Positions 1 to 15,387 of a stretch of 64,000 nucleotides of DNA are shown one piece after another; position 1 is the first letter of the stretch; every line of letters starts with the position of its first letter. The DNA lies in assembly GCF_009914755.1 (NCBI RefSeq), contig NC_060941.1, one strand, 5' to 3'. Source of the DNA: the human T2T-CHM13v2.0 reference genome, Homo sapiens. Below the pieces are notes generated by a model that ran no database searches, had not been told where the DNA came from, and saw only the letters and a program-made list of their open reading frames with translations. The position numbers and the translations under genes were made by a program.

Positions 1-1476
<1,476 letters not shown>

Positions 1477-1512
1477 ATTTAGGTAGATGTCTAAGCTGCC
1501 TCCCAGCTCTGA

Positions 1513-1713
<201 letters not shown>

Positions 1714-2530
1714 TAGGTGCACCTTAACTCTGGACTACAAGAACTCAGATCCTTCAGCAAGTCTGTTTGCCATGGCAGAGATGGCCTGAGCAGGGAGTTT
1801 GGCCAGTTACAGAAACAGCAGCAGCTGCGGCCTCTAGGGCTGGCTAAGGTAGAGCGGGAGGATCAAAAGTGGTCCAGAAAACTTTCGCTTGCTAGTCTTT
1901 CAGAATCAGGCAGACATTTTAGAAATCCCCTTCCCAGCTCCTCTTGGAGAATTCTCCTCATCCTTTAAATATTCTGTCCTCATAGGTGCAGAGCACAGGA
2001 CAGAGGGTCAGGAAATAGCTTACAGATCAGCCAGTAACAGCCAACTGAGCCACCCAGAATGAGGAAGGAAGGGTTAAGGAGAGGTTTGAAAAAGTGGACA
2101 ACAAAAGTATGACAGACCTACTTATAAAGAAGTCTACAGAATTATTCAATTCTTTTGGGAATAAATGAAATATTGACTAAGAACTCTCTCTGGATCTTTG
2201 GATTACATAAGGGCTATGTTTTAATAATACCTGTTACACTGGGATTTGACTTAAACTTATAGTTCTGCTTGTTGTGTCTATTGCTTTTGGTAGGTTCAGT
2301 TCAGCTTTCTAACATTGGAGTTTTTCTACTCTTCAGGCTGAGCTGTGACCCAGAGTGGAGAAAACCTAGCTTTTGCAATGTGATGGGCATATGGGTTTAG
2401 GGGTTGGGCTGATTGTCTGTGTGGGCAGAGTCTTTATTACAATGGAATTCTGTTAAAAAGAAATTTGCCCAAACCTTCCTTTAGAAGCATAACATCTGCA
2501 GCAATTGACCAAGTATGTCTTTTTTTCTAG

Positions 2531-2591
2531 CCCAGAAGATGTCCAGGCTTTGGTGAGCGGGAAGCTTGCACTTCGGTATGCAGGGAGGCAG
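2531..2591 (+). CDS. PSMD11: PSMD11 coding exon
   Basis: ttttttctag|C CCA GAA GAT ... AGG CAG|gtaggg; PEDVQALVSGKLALRYAGRQ; phase fits the previous exon. Confidence 0.97.
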
Positions 2592-3369
2592 GTAGGGACT
2601 CCCTTGACTGCAGTTCTGCTCACTCTGAGACCAGCATGTTTTCAGAGTCACAACGTTTGATGAGACCAGCACTCTTCAGATCTTCATACTACTCTCTTCC
2701 TTCTGCCCCACTCACTTCCTTCCCTTAAGCCCATTCAGTGTGTTTCCCAGACTGTTAAATTCTTGGCCTGGAAAGTCAGCGTTTGGTGCTCTTATGGACA
2801 TCACGTTGTTTGAGGGACTTAGGGAACTGAACTGTAGCATTTGCAGTGAGTTAGTTTGCATTTGGCTTTGACCAGAAGATTTATCTACCACGAGTCTGAG
2901 TTGTGAATTTAACATAGGCAGGGTATGAAATCTTAGATTCTCCAGGTTAGGAGCCTGGTAAGGTCTGGTGCATATGTGCTTTAGAGAGGTCTGATTGCTT
3001 GGTGCAGAAACTAGGTTTTGAGATTTACTTCTGTGCTTCTCAGATCAGTACCTTTCTACTCGTGCTTTGAATTTTGGGTGTGGTGCAAAAAGAGGCCCTT
3101 TTTTTTTTTTTGTTACCTTAATGCCCAAGTAGGTATGAGTGTGACTTCTGAGAGCAGACAGTTAGGACCTACGCAAAGATGACGTCTAGACTGTCTCCTC
3201 TTTGTATTTTGCTTGATTATCACTAGTAAAGTAAGTGTAATCTTTCTGGATTTCAACTGCAGTGGTCTCTAAACACAGACTGATTGGCTGTCTATATAAT
3301 CTCACTGTATCTCTGGAGGAGTGGCCACATAGATGATTTCTTCCCTCTCTACAAGTGGCCCTAATTGGC

Positions 3370-4050
3370 TTTTTTTTTTTTTTTGAGTTGGAGTCTCATT
3401 CTTTCATTCAGGCTGGAGTGCAGTGGCGTATCTCGGCTCACTGCATCCTCCTCCTCCCAGTTTGAAGTGATTCTCCTGTCTCAGCCTCCCGAGTAGCTGG
3501 GATTACAGGCATCCGCCACTATGCCCGGCTAATTTTTTGTAGTAGAGACAGGGTTTTGCCATCTTGGCCAGGCTGTCCCAAACTCCTAACCTCAAGTGAT
3601 CCGCCCACCTCAACCTCCAAAAGTGCTGGGATTGTAGGTGTGAGCCACTGCATCCAGCCACGCATCTTCCAGTATAGTAATAACCGGTACTCTTGAGGTC
3701 AAAACCAGGAGCTGACCTGAAACTTTTGCTGATAAAAAGCCAATTAGGGGCTGGACGTGGTGGCTCATGCCTGTAATCCCAGCACTTTGGGCGGCTGAGG
3801 TGGGCGGATCACTTGAGGTCAGCAGTTTGAGAGCAGCCTGGCCAATGTGGCAAAATCCCAGCTCTATTAAAAATACAAAAATTAGCCGGGCATGGTAGTG
3901 CATTGGTGGCTGTAATCCCAGCTACTCAGGAGGCTGAGGCAGGAGAATCACTTCAAACGGGGAGTGGAAGTTGCAGTAAGCCAAGATAGCACCACTGTAC
4001 TCTAACCTGGGCGACAGAGTGAGACTCTGTCTTAAAAAATAATAAATAAG
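3370..4050. mobile_element. Inverted Alu pair (minus ~3370-3659, plus ~3748-4050)
   Basis: Alu consensus on opposite strands. Confidence 0.92.
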
Positions 4051-4463
4051 AAAGATGCACTACTCTCACTATAACTAGAGTTGAGGAGACAGGCTCAGGG
4101 ACATCCAAGTGTTCAGGGCAAGGTCAGGTAGCTAATCAATGGTGGAGCTAGACTTTGAATTAGGGTCATTGGCTCTAAGTTCCAGGCTTTTCTCATTTTG
4201 ACACTTTTTTCTGTCTATAGGACAAATGCTGGAGACAAACACACTAATGATTAGCCTTGCACCATGTAGTCTACTGTATAAGACACACTGTTCTTATATA
4301 AGCATGTAGGCTGATAAAAGAGCAGCTTCTCTTAGTCCCTTGCGCCTTTGATGTTAGCTTTTAAGCAGGAGATAGGCTAATCTCCCAGAAAGATGAGTGT
4401 TGCAGATTTTTTGCTGAGTGGAGACTTAATAGCTTGGTCAGGTGCCTTTTTTAACCATGTTAG

Positions 4464-4819
<356 letters not shown>

Positions 4820-5236
4820 TTGATGCCTCAGTGTTAATGAGGTAGACCTTGTTCAGTGCCTTGTTCCAAACCTAGCAGAATGAATCTTGATAAAGCACAG
4901 ATATAATAGGGTCTAAGGGCAAGAAGGAGTTTGGGTGGATGTGGCGATAACAAGCCTTGGAGGAAGGGAGAAGAAATCACAGTTCTCTTGTCATTTTTCC
5001 TTTTAGCTTGTCATCTCTAGAGAATGCTATATTAGGGTCGGTCTGTTTGGAAAATTTCTGTTTCCTAGTATTATTAAGTCATTTCAGGTTTCAAAGGGAA
5101 ACAGGTTGGCATATAGTGGTATTCAGTACTTGCGGCTCTTCTTCCCGGGCGTCTGAAGAAGAACGATGGTGGGGCGGGTTCTTCCTTTTGGCAGAAGTTG
5201 TGTGGACACAGCATACTGCTTATGAGACTTGGGTAA

Positions 5237-5380
<144 letters not shown>

Positions 5381-6715
5381 TGAGTGGAAGAGAGGGACGT
5401 TTAAGTACTTCAAAACACACTTTTAAAAATAATTATAGTTTCAAAAGAAGTTGCAAATGATTCCATGTATCCTTCACCTAGGACAGTATTAAAACCAGGA
5501 AATAGTTAAGCACTTTGTACAATGAAACTTACTGAGTTGATATAAAATATATATTATTTATACATAATACCTTTCTATTTCAAAAGTTCTTTCTGTCCTT
5601 TTTTCACTTTGATTTTTCACAACACACCTATTTATTATCTGCATTTTATGGTTAAGGGAACTGGGATTCAGGAGGACACTCAAAGTCACACAGCATAGGG
5701 TCAGAGTTTGACTCTAGGCCTAGTGCTTGTTCCACATGACACAGTTGTAGGCATTCCTTCAGCTCCAGAAATGCCAGGTCTGCTCCTCTGTGGACAGAAG
5801 GGAAGTCTTGATGTGCGTACTTGGACCCAAAGAAACGTCCTCAGGGTGATGATCTAGGCTTTCTTTAACCCTGGTGCATTTTGCTCATTGTTTGGGAGTT
5901 TTGAAAAGGGAGAAAAGCCTGTCTGGGCATTAGGGTGAGAATTATATAGTCTTTCCTGAACCTCTCTCCTTTTAGTCTGAGTATAATGATCAACTTAATA
6001 AAAACAAAACCTAGATCCAGAGAGAAAAACTTAGTGTGGATGGAGACTAGACCATGTGGCTTTGACTGTCCCTGAGATTCACCATCTTCCTGGAGGGCTC
6101 TTGCCAATTCCTATTGCGTCTTACTTGGCATGATTCGCCTGCTTCCCTTAACACCTTGTAGCACAGCTGACATGAGGCTGGGATGTTGAGACCATTACTG
6201 ATGGTCCAGTAAATCACACACATGAATACTTGGTCTAGATCATTTTATCCCAATGTCTGAGATGTTTGATGGGACACTTTTATTCCAAATAGTTCCTTGG
6301 AAGAAGGATTCTGTGATTAGATATTTGGGAAATACTAGGGCTAAACAAAATACTAGGGCTAATAATAATTAAAACACCTAATTTTGCTTAATCATTGCAG
6401 AGCCATGTTATGCTGATGGTCCTCATAAAACTCCCAAGAGCTAGTTGTGGAATTCAGCATTTCCTATTCTTTAACCTCAATGTTCTTTTTTTCCCCCCCA
6501 TGGAGACCCTATTTATTCTGTAGAATACATGCTGAGAAATGCTTGTGTAGCTAATTTGGTTCATGAGCTGAGTTGCTCTTGGGGCTTACATGGTTTGAGC
6601 TGTTCACCTGAAGCCTGCAGACAGAAAGATGGTCCCTAGGGTGACTCCACCTTTTTGTTCTATTTTGTATTTTTTTTTTCTCTTAGAGACTACCATAAAA
6701 TAGCATTTTTAAAAA

Positions 6716-6836
6716 TTTATTTTTAGAGATGGAGGCTCTCTGTGTTGCCCAAGCTGGACTTGAACTCTTGGGCTCCAGCAGTCCTCCCACATGAGCCTCC
6801 CGAGTGACTGGGACTCCAGGTGCGTGCCACCAAGCC
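6716..6836 (-). mobile_element. Alu monomer (FLAM-like)
   Basis: Diverged Alu left-arm motifs. Confidence 0.7.
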
Positions 6837-7017
6837 AAACTTCCCTTTCAGTTCTTGACATTCCTTTTCTGCTTTGTATCATGCATCTCCCCAGATCTCC
6901 CCTAACTTCATTCAACCATGTAGTTTTATAAGGGCCAGCAGACTATCTAGGAAGCAGGAGTAGCATGACTTTAAAGTGATTCTCTGTGCCAATCTCTGCA
7001 ACTGGTTCCTTTGGCAG

Positions 7018-7143
7018 GCTCTGACAGATTACCGGGCAGAGCTCCGGGATGACCCAATCATCAGCACACACTTGGCCAAGTTGTATGATAACTTACTAGA
7101 ACAGAATCTGATCCGAGTCATTGAGCCTTTTTCCAGAGTACAG
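7018..7143 (+). CDS. PSMD11: PSMD11 coding exon (PCI domain)
   Basis: ttggcag|GCT CTG ... GTA CAG|gtgaga; [42 protein letters not shown] (126 nt). Confidence 0.98.
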
Positions 7144-7617
7144 GTGAGAACCCTCTGGGGACTCCATTTCTGGCCAGGCATTCTCACTGTAGCCACCTCC
7201 CTTCCACACCTGTCCAGAATGGGAACTCACTTCTAGGGGTGTGCCTGGTGGGCAAGAGGCCACCAAGAGCTTGGGCCTCTGTTGATAAAATGAACAAAAA
7301 TCGAGGAGAGAGATGCTGTGGGTAGAGGCATGTGGGTTGCCCCTGCATGTGTTCTGAGCAGTTTCCTCCTCGCTTTTAGTCACTGCATGTGTTGTACCTG
7401 TTTTCTGTATTGGGTGTGTGGGATAAGAGTCTGTTTATTGTGTGTAGCAGTGAAGGGCAGGCAGATGGGCAGAGAACAAGAGACTTAAGCACGGCCAAGG
7501 AGGGTCTTACATTAGAATTTTGAGAAATACAGCAGTTCTCCCCCTGTTCCCTCCCTTCTCTTATTGGAGGCAAAAGTAAAACTTTCAGTGTTGGTGTCTC
7601 TCTGCCTTTCCTTTTAG

Positions 7618-7653
7618 ATTGAACACATATCTAGTCTCATCAAACTCTCCAAG
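7618..7653 (+). CDS. PSMD11: PSMD11 36-nt coding exon
   Basis: cttttag|ATT GAA CAC ... TCC AAG|gtaagg; IEHISSLIKLSK. Confidence 0.96.
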
Positions 7654-7912
7654 GTAAGGAGTCTTAAGGCCATCTGCAGGGAGGAATGGGACGGGGTGGC
7701 GAGGAGGGGTGGCACATGCACCTGATTGGCCTCATTGGAAAGCTCCCCAGCTTCTCAGTGGGGAATGGGCAGTGTGGACTAGAGTAGGAGTTGCATTGTT
7801 GCTATTTTGTTTTCAGTCCATTTGGCCTAAGACCCCTCCAACAAAGCTACTGTGTCAGGGTGATCTCTGACTAGTGGATACTGGTCCCTTTAATCATGTG
7901 CTTTGATTTTAG

Positions 7913-7964
7913 GCCGACGTGGAAAGGAAATTATCACAGATGATTCTTGACAAGAAATTTCATG
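7913..7964 (+). CDS. PSMD11: PSMD11 coding exon
   Basis: ttttag|GCC GAC GTG ... TTT CAT G|gtaagt; ADVERKLSQMILDKKFH(G). Confidence 0.97.
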
Positions 7965-8140
7965 GTAAGTAACAGTCACACAGGCAAGGGGGCTGGTGGT
8001 GGTGATGAGATGGTTGAAGAAGTTTATTTTCAAAGAAGATGTTCTATTTGTTTCCCCCGATGGTTCACCCTGGGGTCCTGGCCCCTCTTCCCTGTGATGA
8101 GAATGTGTAATAAGCATGTGTACATGGAATAGGGAGATGA

Positions 8141-8398
<258 letters not shown>

Positions 8399-8519
8399 GT
8401 GAGTGCTGGCTTCAGGACCCCAGGGCTGGGCAGCTCTGTCTTCTGCGTGTCGAGACTGAAAACCTCCTCCTGGTGTCCTCATGGCTTCCTGATTGACACT
8501 GCTCTGTCTTCTCTTGCAG

Positions 8520-10140
8520 AGTTGGATCTGTAGCGGTCCTTTGGAGAGTGTGTGTGGCGGGAGAGTGAAACCTTGGGGGAAAATGCTAGGAGATTCTTTT
8601 TTCTTTTTGTTCTACTTTTCGCTCGGAAAGTTTTTAAATCCTCATTTGGTGCATCTGTATTCCAGCCAATAGGTGTGCCAGTTTTCATGTAATCTTTACT
8701 GGCCCAACTTGGGAGTGGGGAAATTGCTTAAAAAAAAAGAAAAAGAAAAAAAAAAAGATTATTCTAAATAAAAGGAAAAAGGCTTACACTACCTAAAGCT
8801 GTGCTCTCTGCCTCCTGGGAGAGGGCCGCAAAGCCAGGCACCCCGCCAACCACTGGGGGTCCTAATCCACCTGCTGGGCATCACCTCTCCTCCTCCTCAG
8901 AATTGGGTGTTTGCTGACCATCAAAAGCAATGACTTTTTATTCTGTTTGTACTGAACCAAAACAAACAACTGTGTATAGACTGCTGTTTTCTTTTTTATT
9001 TGAAATGAGGCATTTTGGTGTTCTTTCCCCTACCATACGGCCTGTCTGCCCTTCCCTCCCAACATTGGCTCCAGCAGAGTAGCCGAAGGTCCTGCCGCCG
9101 CCGCCACCACCACCACCACTGCAGCAACAACAGCAGCAGCAGCAGCAGCGCCTGCATAGCTCCACTCTGACCTGTGAAGGAATGGGGATGAGGCCAGGAG
9201 CTAGTGTCTACCACGGCCACACAGGGAGCAGTGTGGGCCCTTAGCCCCCAAGGGGCCTGCTATGCATGTGGCTTTTTTTTTTTTTTTAAACACAGTAAAC
9301 TAGATTAGTCGTCAGTGTTTTAATTGCCCCTCTTCTCCTCTCCTGCATTCCTCTCCTCTCTTCTTTCCTCTCTGTCCCTTCTCTTTCCCCTCTCAACCAG
9401 GAGACCATCATGTCTCTCTGCCTTCCTCCTCTCCCCTCCAGGGGAGTCAGGCTGTCTGTGAAAGCCATGAGCTTCTCTCCCTCTCCCACTCCTCCTCTCC
9501 TACTTTCAGATGGATTTATTCCTTTTTTAAACAATGAACATCGGAAATGAGACTGTGGGGTGTGGTTTCTCTCTCTCTTTTTTTTTTAATTTTCTTTGTT
9601 GGGTTTTTGAGCAACCTCATGTCCCCTTCCCAGGGAGCTTTTTAATTTACCTCTTAGAACTCAAGTGGATGGGAAGTAGAGCACTATGTGTCAGTATGCT
9701 TTGTTTTCTGACACGATTACACAGCGAGGCTTTAATGCCATTTGGGTAGGTGAGCTTCTGCACTTCTGTTGTGCTGAACTGTATTTTCTTCTCTCATCTC
9801 CTCTTTGTCTTTTTCTCTTTTCCTCTCCTTCCTGCCTTCTTCTGCTGGCCTCCTTTTCTCTTTCTTTACCTTCCTTGGATTATCCTTCCAGGTTTTCATA
9901 ATAAATTTATATTTTGTAAAAGGATTTTGTTGTACCAGGTTTTGCATCCTCACTGAATCTGACTGGCTTTTATTTTCCTCTCCAAAATCAGGTTTTTGTT
10001 CTCAACATCTTTCCCCATCATGTCTAGTCACTGTTTTGGTTTTGGCACCATCAGTATCAAATGTACAAACGGTTCTTGCTAACCAACACCAGGTATATCT
10101 GATGTTCAGATGAGTTCCAATAAAAATAATTTTTTTTTTT
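8520..10140 (+). other. PSMD11: PSMD11 non-coding terminal exon (3'UTR) with alternative poly(A) signals
   Basis: Donor gtgagt at 8399, acceptor ctgtcttctcttgcag| at 8519; AATAAA at 8767, 9900 and 10119; true 3' end approximate. Confidence 0.75.
9095..9148 (+). repeat. Compound trinucleotide repeat (CCG)3(CCA)5 CTG CAG(CAA)2(CAG)6
   Basis: Read directly from the sequence; lies in the PSMD11 3'UTR. Confidence 0.95.
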
Positions 10141-10864
10141 TTCAAAAGGTGTCTTTTTCTTGAGTGCTGGAGGGCTTCCAAGCAAGTCCAGACAGCTCTG
10201 TGTGGCCCCACACTAGTCTAGCTCTCATCTGGCCAAAGCTGTTATCTCATTTGTGTAATGGGAGTCCTTAAGGTAAATTTGGGGTCCAAACTTGGAGGGC
10301 TTTGGGGGCAAGAAAGTTGGTGTGTGAGTTCTGAGGTTGGAAATGAGTTCAGGTGTCTTCTTCCAGGGCAGCATGGTCCAGTGAGCACATGTAAGTTTGG
10401 GCAGTAGATCCTCTGAGCCTACTTTCTCTTCTACTCAGTGAGGATGCTGCTTCCTTGGCAGGTGATTGTGATGTGAAGCTTAGTAAGTCATAGACGTGCA
10501 GGTGTCTGGAGAGTCCTGACATGCAGTTGTGGTTTCGTTTCCTTTTGGAATCTTCAAAGGCAGCGATTTTCATATTGCCTCACACCCTGGCGGGGGCGGG
10601 GGGCTCTGGGACCACTGGGGGACCTGCTAAATCCTCTTCAGTCTGAGCAGTTCAGCCATTGTCAGTTTTAGTATTGTGTCTCTGTATTTCACTTGCAGAA
10701 AGAGCTTTGCTTCTATAAAGGACTTTAAAAAGTACTCCAAAGAGATCTAGTTTTGGAGTAGAGGGGAGATGTTTTCTCAAACTTAGGGCAGTCCTGAGAT
10801 GCTCAGGCAGTAGCCCTTTTCTCAGTTCCCTTTGCGGGTCTTGGTCAGATGATGCCCTCTAGAC

Positions 10865-11165
10865 CCGTGCTGTCCAATATGTAGCCGCTAGCCATGTGCA
10901 GCTGTCAGGCCCTTGCAACGTGGCTGGTTCGAGCTGTGATACACTGCAAGTGTAAACACAAACCAGACTTCGAAGGCTTAGTATGATAACAAAAGAAAAG
11001 GAGTGTAAAATATGTCAATAACTTTTTTATATATGTGTTGAAATATTTTGGGTATTGGGTTAAATAAAATATATTATTAAAATTCACCTGTTTCCCTTTT
11101 ACTTGTGTAATGTGGCTGCTAGAAAATATAAAGTTACCTATGTGGCTTCTATCTGGACAGCGCAG
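10865..11165. mobile_element. hAT-Charlie MITE (MER33/MER3-like)
   Basis: Terminal inverted repeats ccgtgctgtccaat ... tctggacagcgcag; 8-bp TSD ctctagac at 10857-10864 and 11166-11173, typical of hAT elements. Confidence 0.8.
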
Positions 11166-12230
11166 CTCTAGACCTCCAGGACCAGCAGTTGTGTCACTGC
11201 CTCCTCTCCCAGGCCTCTCATGACCTGAGTCCAGGCACAGCTGGGAAGGTCAGCTGGCCGGTGGGCTGGCCTGGGCCCGGCTCCCTCACCTCCCTTCTGG
11301 GCTCCAGCCTTCATGGTGCCAGGACTTTCTTGTGTGTTAATGAGACTCTACTGGAGTTGGGAGCAGAGGCTCTGGTCCCCTGCTGTGTGCTAGTTATGTA
11401 ATCTGTGCTGCTCAGAAGGGCCACTAGATGCTGCTCTGTGATCCCTGAAAGAACAAAGCCGACTTCCTCAGGAGTAAGGGCTCAGGCCTGCTCTATTTGG
11501 AACCCTTCTTGGAAGCTGTAGCTGGCCCCCGCCTTGACCTCCCTCCCTCGGGATGCTATGGGAAGTGGGGCATGCAGGAAGAGTGGACTCTCCGGCAGTC
11601 CACGGGCAGCCCAGCCCAGCAGGGAAGCTAACAAGCAGGCTGGCCCTTCAGGCAGCTAGAGATAGGCAATAGGCTAAGTAGGCTGATTGATGGGGGTGGG
11701 ATTTGGAAATCTTCCCTGCAGTTCTATGATGAAGGCAGCTAGGAAGAAAACAGCTCTGCCTCATTCAACTGGGTCTGCCTTCTGGGTCCTTGGTTCTGCC
11801 ATTTCTGGCAGTTGACTGTCCTTTCTTCCTTGCTTCCAGTTGGAGCAGTGATAGGAACTGGGGGTGGGGAGGTGGTGGTGGGTTGAATGAAAAGAGGAGC
11901 TCTGTGGTGTCTGAAAACCAGCATAACAGGCATGGCCTGGGTGATAGGAGCTCCTGGAGACCCCTCCCTTAGTCGCAGCAGCAAGTGGGCTGCCAGTGCC
12001 ATCCCATTCCTGCTGTGCTGCAACTGTGACTTTGCCTTGGGCAAGTGTGAGGAGGCTGGTGTTCTGCCGAGAGCTCTGTTTGAAGGTGCTAGGGAAAGGC
12101 TGGCTGGACAAAGGTGAGAAGACACAGGGTATGGCCTGGCTTGAAAAGGCCCATGCAGAGGCATGCTGCTGCAGAGTGGGAAGCAGGGTAGTGGGGTGAG
12201 CTTGGTCCGCCTCCCCGTGAATTGGAATAG

Positions 12231-13100
<870 letters not shown>

Positions 13101-14744
13101 CTCTTCTGGCTTCTTACTGTTACATGCAGGAGGGTTGAGGACAGCTCCATTTGAAGAGCAGGTAGGCTTGTACACTGAGGAACATTCACAGGGAGGGGCG
13201 CACTGAGCTGGGGGCCTGCCTTCCTCTTCTGAGTTCCCATAACAGCTGTTGTGGATGTTCTGAAAGGCTGTGGACAAAGTAGCCCTCTGGGTACAGAGCA
13301 ATGCATTTTCCACTGTATGCCTTGCCCCCCAAGGTTCCTAAAGCCTGGAATTCCTATTGACAGAAATCTGAGTGGCACATAAACAAAACCCAGCACTTTC
13401 TGCCTTGATTGCACCATTTTGAATGATGCCAGATTCCCTTTCTGTTCCCCCTAGGACAGTTGACAGGGCTGGTGAAAGCCTAGTCGGCTGGAGTGGTCAG
13501 GTAACTGGGTGGCATCCTCTCCTCTGGAGAGCCACTCCCTCATCTCTAGGTCCAGAGATAATCTGGATTAAGACAGGGCTTAAGTTTCCTGTTTCCCAGG
13601 TTTGTGGTCAGTTTTGACTCGATCTCCAGAAACAAGGTAAAATAGTAAATGAACAACAGCCTTTGTGAAGGATCTGGATTCACATCTGACAGGAACAGCT
13701 TTCAGAAACAGAATTTTACTCAATTTCGCTAGCATCAAGTTCTCAAATTATACATACTTAGAATTGAAAACGTTTAAGAGGGTCAGAAAGCTGGCCGGAG
13801 GGGCAGTTGCTTCAGCTTTAATATGACAAATAAGAGGGCGAGTGGGAACTTAGAGGTCATATTTGTGACGGGCTCAGGCTTGGCTACGGGCCACGCTTCT
13901 CTGGCTTGGATCTCTGAGGCCCACTTCGGCCGCGGTCATCTACCCATGATGAGGGAACGGAGGCCCCGGAGGGGTGGCCAGAACCGATTGGACTGTCCAC
14001 TCGAGGTGCGCGTGGCACTCGGGAGGCCTCAGTAAAGGCGTCGCCTCTCCCCGCCCAGGGCCTTCTTCCCCGCGCTCCCTGGCTGCTTTCCACAGGGACG
14101 GGGATGTCAGGTGGAAGGAGGGAGCTCCGGACCCTGGCCTCGGCGGAGGGCTCCTCACCAGGCCAGGGCGGCAGCCTCAGAGAGGGCGGGCCGCGCGCTG
14201 CCAGGGCAGGGACTCGGCCGAGAGTGCCCCCGCGGCCGGCAGCTGCGGGCGCCGCGGCGGGAACAAAGGCAGCACGTGTCTGGGCGGGACGCGGGCGGGG
14301 TCGGCCCTCGGCTCCGCCCTGCTCGGCGCCCGCCCCGCGTCGGCAGAGTTGGGTTGCGCGGGCGCCGAGGACTCTCCGGCGGCCGGGCTGCTGTTGGGCG
14401 GCGGCGCGGAGCGGGCGGCGAGCTGTGCGGGAGGGGCGGCCCCGAGGGGCGGGGCGGGCCGACGCCGCGTGTCCCGCCGCAGCCGCGGAGTCCGGCTCCT
14501 AGATGGGGCCCGGCGCGTAGAGGTGCCTCCCGCTCGTTGCCGCGTCCTACCCGCACCGTGCGCGGCTCGAGCTGAGGACACCAACGGCCGCGACTCCCCG
14601 GCGAGACCAGGCCGGAGCGTGGACGGCGCGCGCGCCCCGCGAGGGAGGGCGCTGAGGCGCGCGCCGGAAGCGGGAGCGGGAGCGGGAGCGCGGCGGCGGC
14701 GGCGAAGGTGCGGGCGGCCGAGCGGGGGGCGGGGCTGCGGTGCC

Positions 14745-14929
14745 TGCAGAACCTTGGACAGAAGCTCCCTAGCTGCCGCCGCCGCCGCCGCCGCCGTCGC
14801 CGCCGCCGAGCGCGAGCCCAGCCGATCCCCGCCGAGCGCCCCCGAGCGCCGCCGAGCGCCGGGACCGCGGCGGCGGGGCCGCGGCGCGCATTGCGGAGGG
14901 CGCGGAGCGCAGGAGCTGCCGCCTGCCGG
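14745..14929 (+). other. CDK5R1: CDK5R1 exon 1 (non-coding 5'UTR; start approximate)
   Basis: Donor cgg|gtaagc at 14930; acceptor cttgttttccag| gives exon 2 from 15243. Confidence 0.75.
14775..14807 (+). repeat. (GCC)7 GTC (GCC)3 repeat in the CDK5R1 5'UTR
   Basis: Read directly from the sequence. Confidence 0.95.
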
Positions 14930-15387
14930 GTAAGCCTGCGCTGGGCGGCCGTCCTTGGCCCTGGGGAGCGGAGACCGGGGTCGCGCCCGTGCGGGGTGTC
15001 CAGGCGGGGGTCCTCGGCCGCCTCCGTCGGCGACCGGGCCCCTCCCGGCTGCGCCTGGGGACCGCAGCGGCGGCGGCGGGCGGGGGTGCTGCAGTGGAGG
15101 CGGCGAGGCTGCGTCGCGGGGGCGCGGGTAGGGCCCGGGACTGGGGCGGCGGGGTGCGCCGAGGCGCGGGGCGGAGGGGCGCAGGGGCGCAGGGGCGCGG
15201 CGCGGAGCCCAGCCTGGCGCTAAGAACCATCTTGTTTTCCAGGCAGATCCAAGGGGGCAGCACGCTTCCCGGGAGCGCCCCCGCCTCCTCTCCGGGGCCG
15301 CCGCAGGCTCGGTGAGCGGTTTTATCCCTCCGGCCGGCAGGCTGGGCGCGCAGGGGCGCGAGCCCCCGCCCGGCGCGCAGCAGCACC

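Noticed and set aside
8730-8757. A-rich tract as a possible retrocopy tail
   Set aside because: No adjacent retroposed body or TSD; more likely a low-complexity UTR tract and internal-priming site.
8938-9220. Minus-strand polyCys/polyGly and polyLeu ORFs
   Set aside because: Antisense readings of the CAG/CCA/CCG repeat, with no support for a transcript.
14775-15387. PolyAla-frame N-terminal extension of p35 from the 5'UTR GCC repeat
   Set aside because: In frame with p35 after splicing, but closed by TGA at 15313-15315 before the ATG; p35 also needs a free Gly2 for myristoylation.
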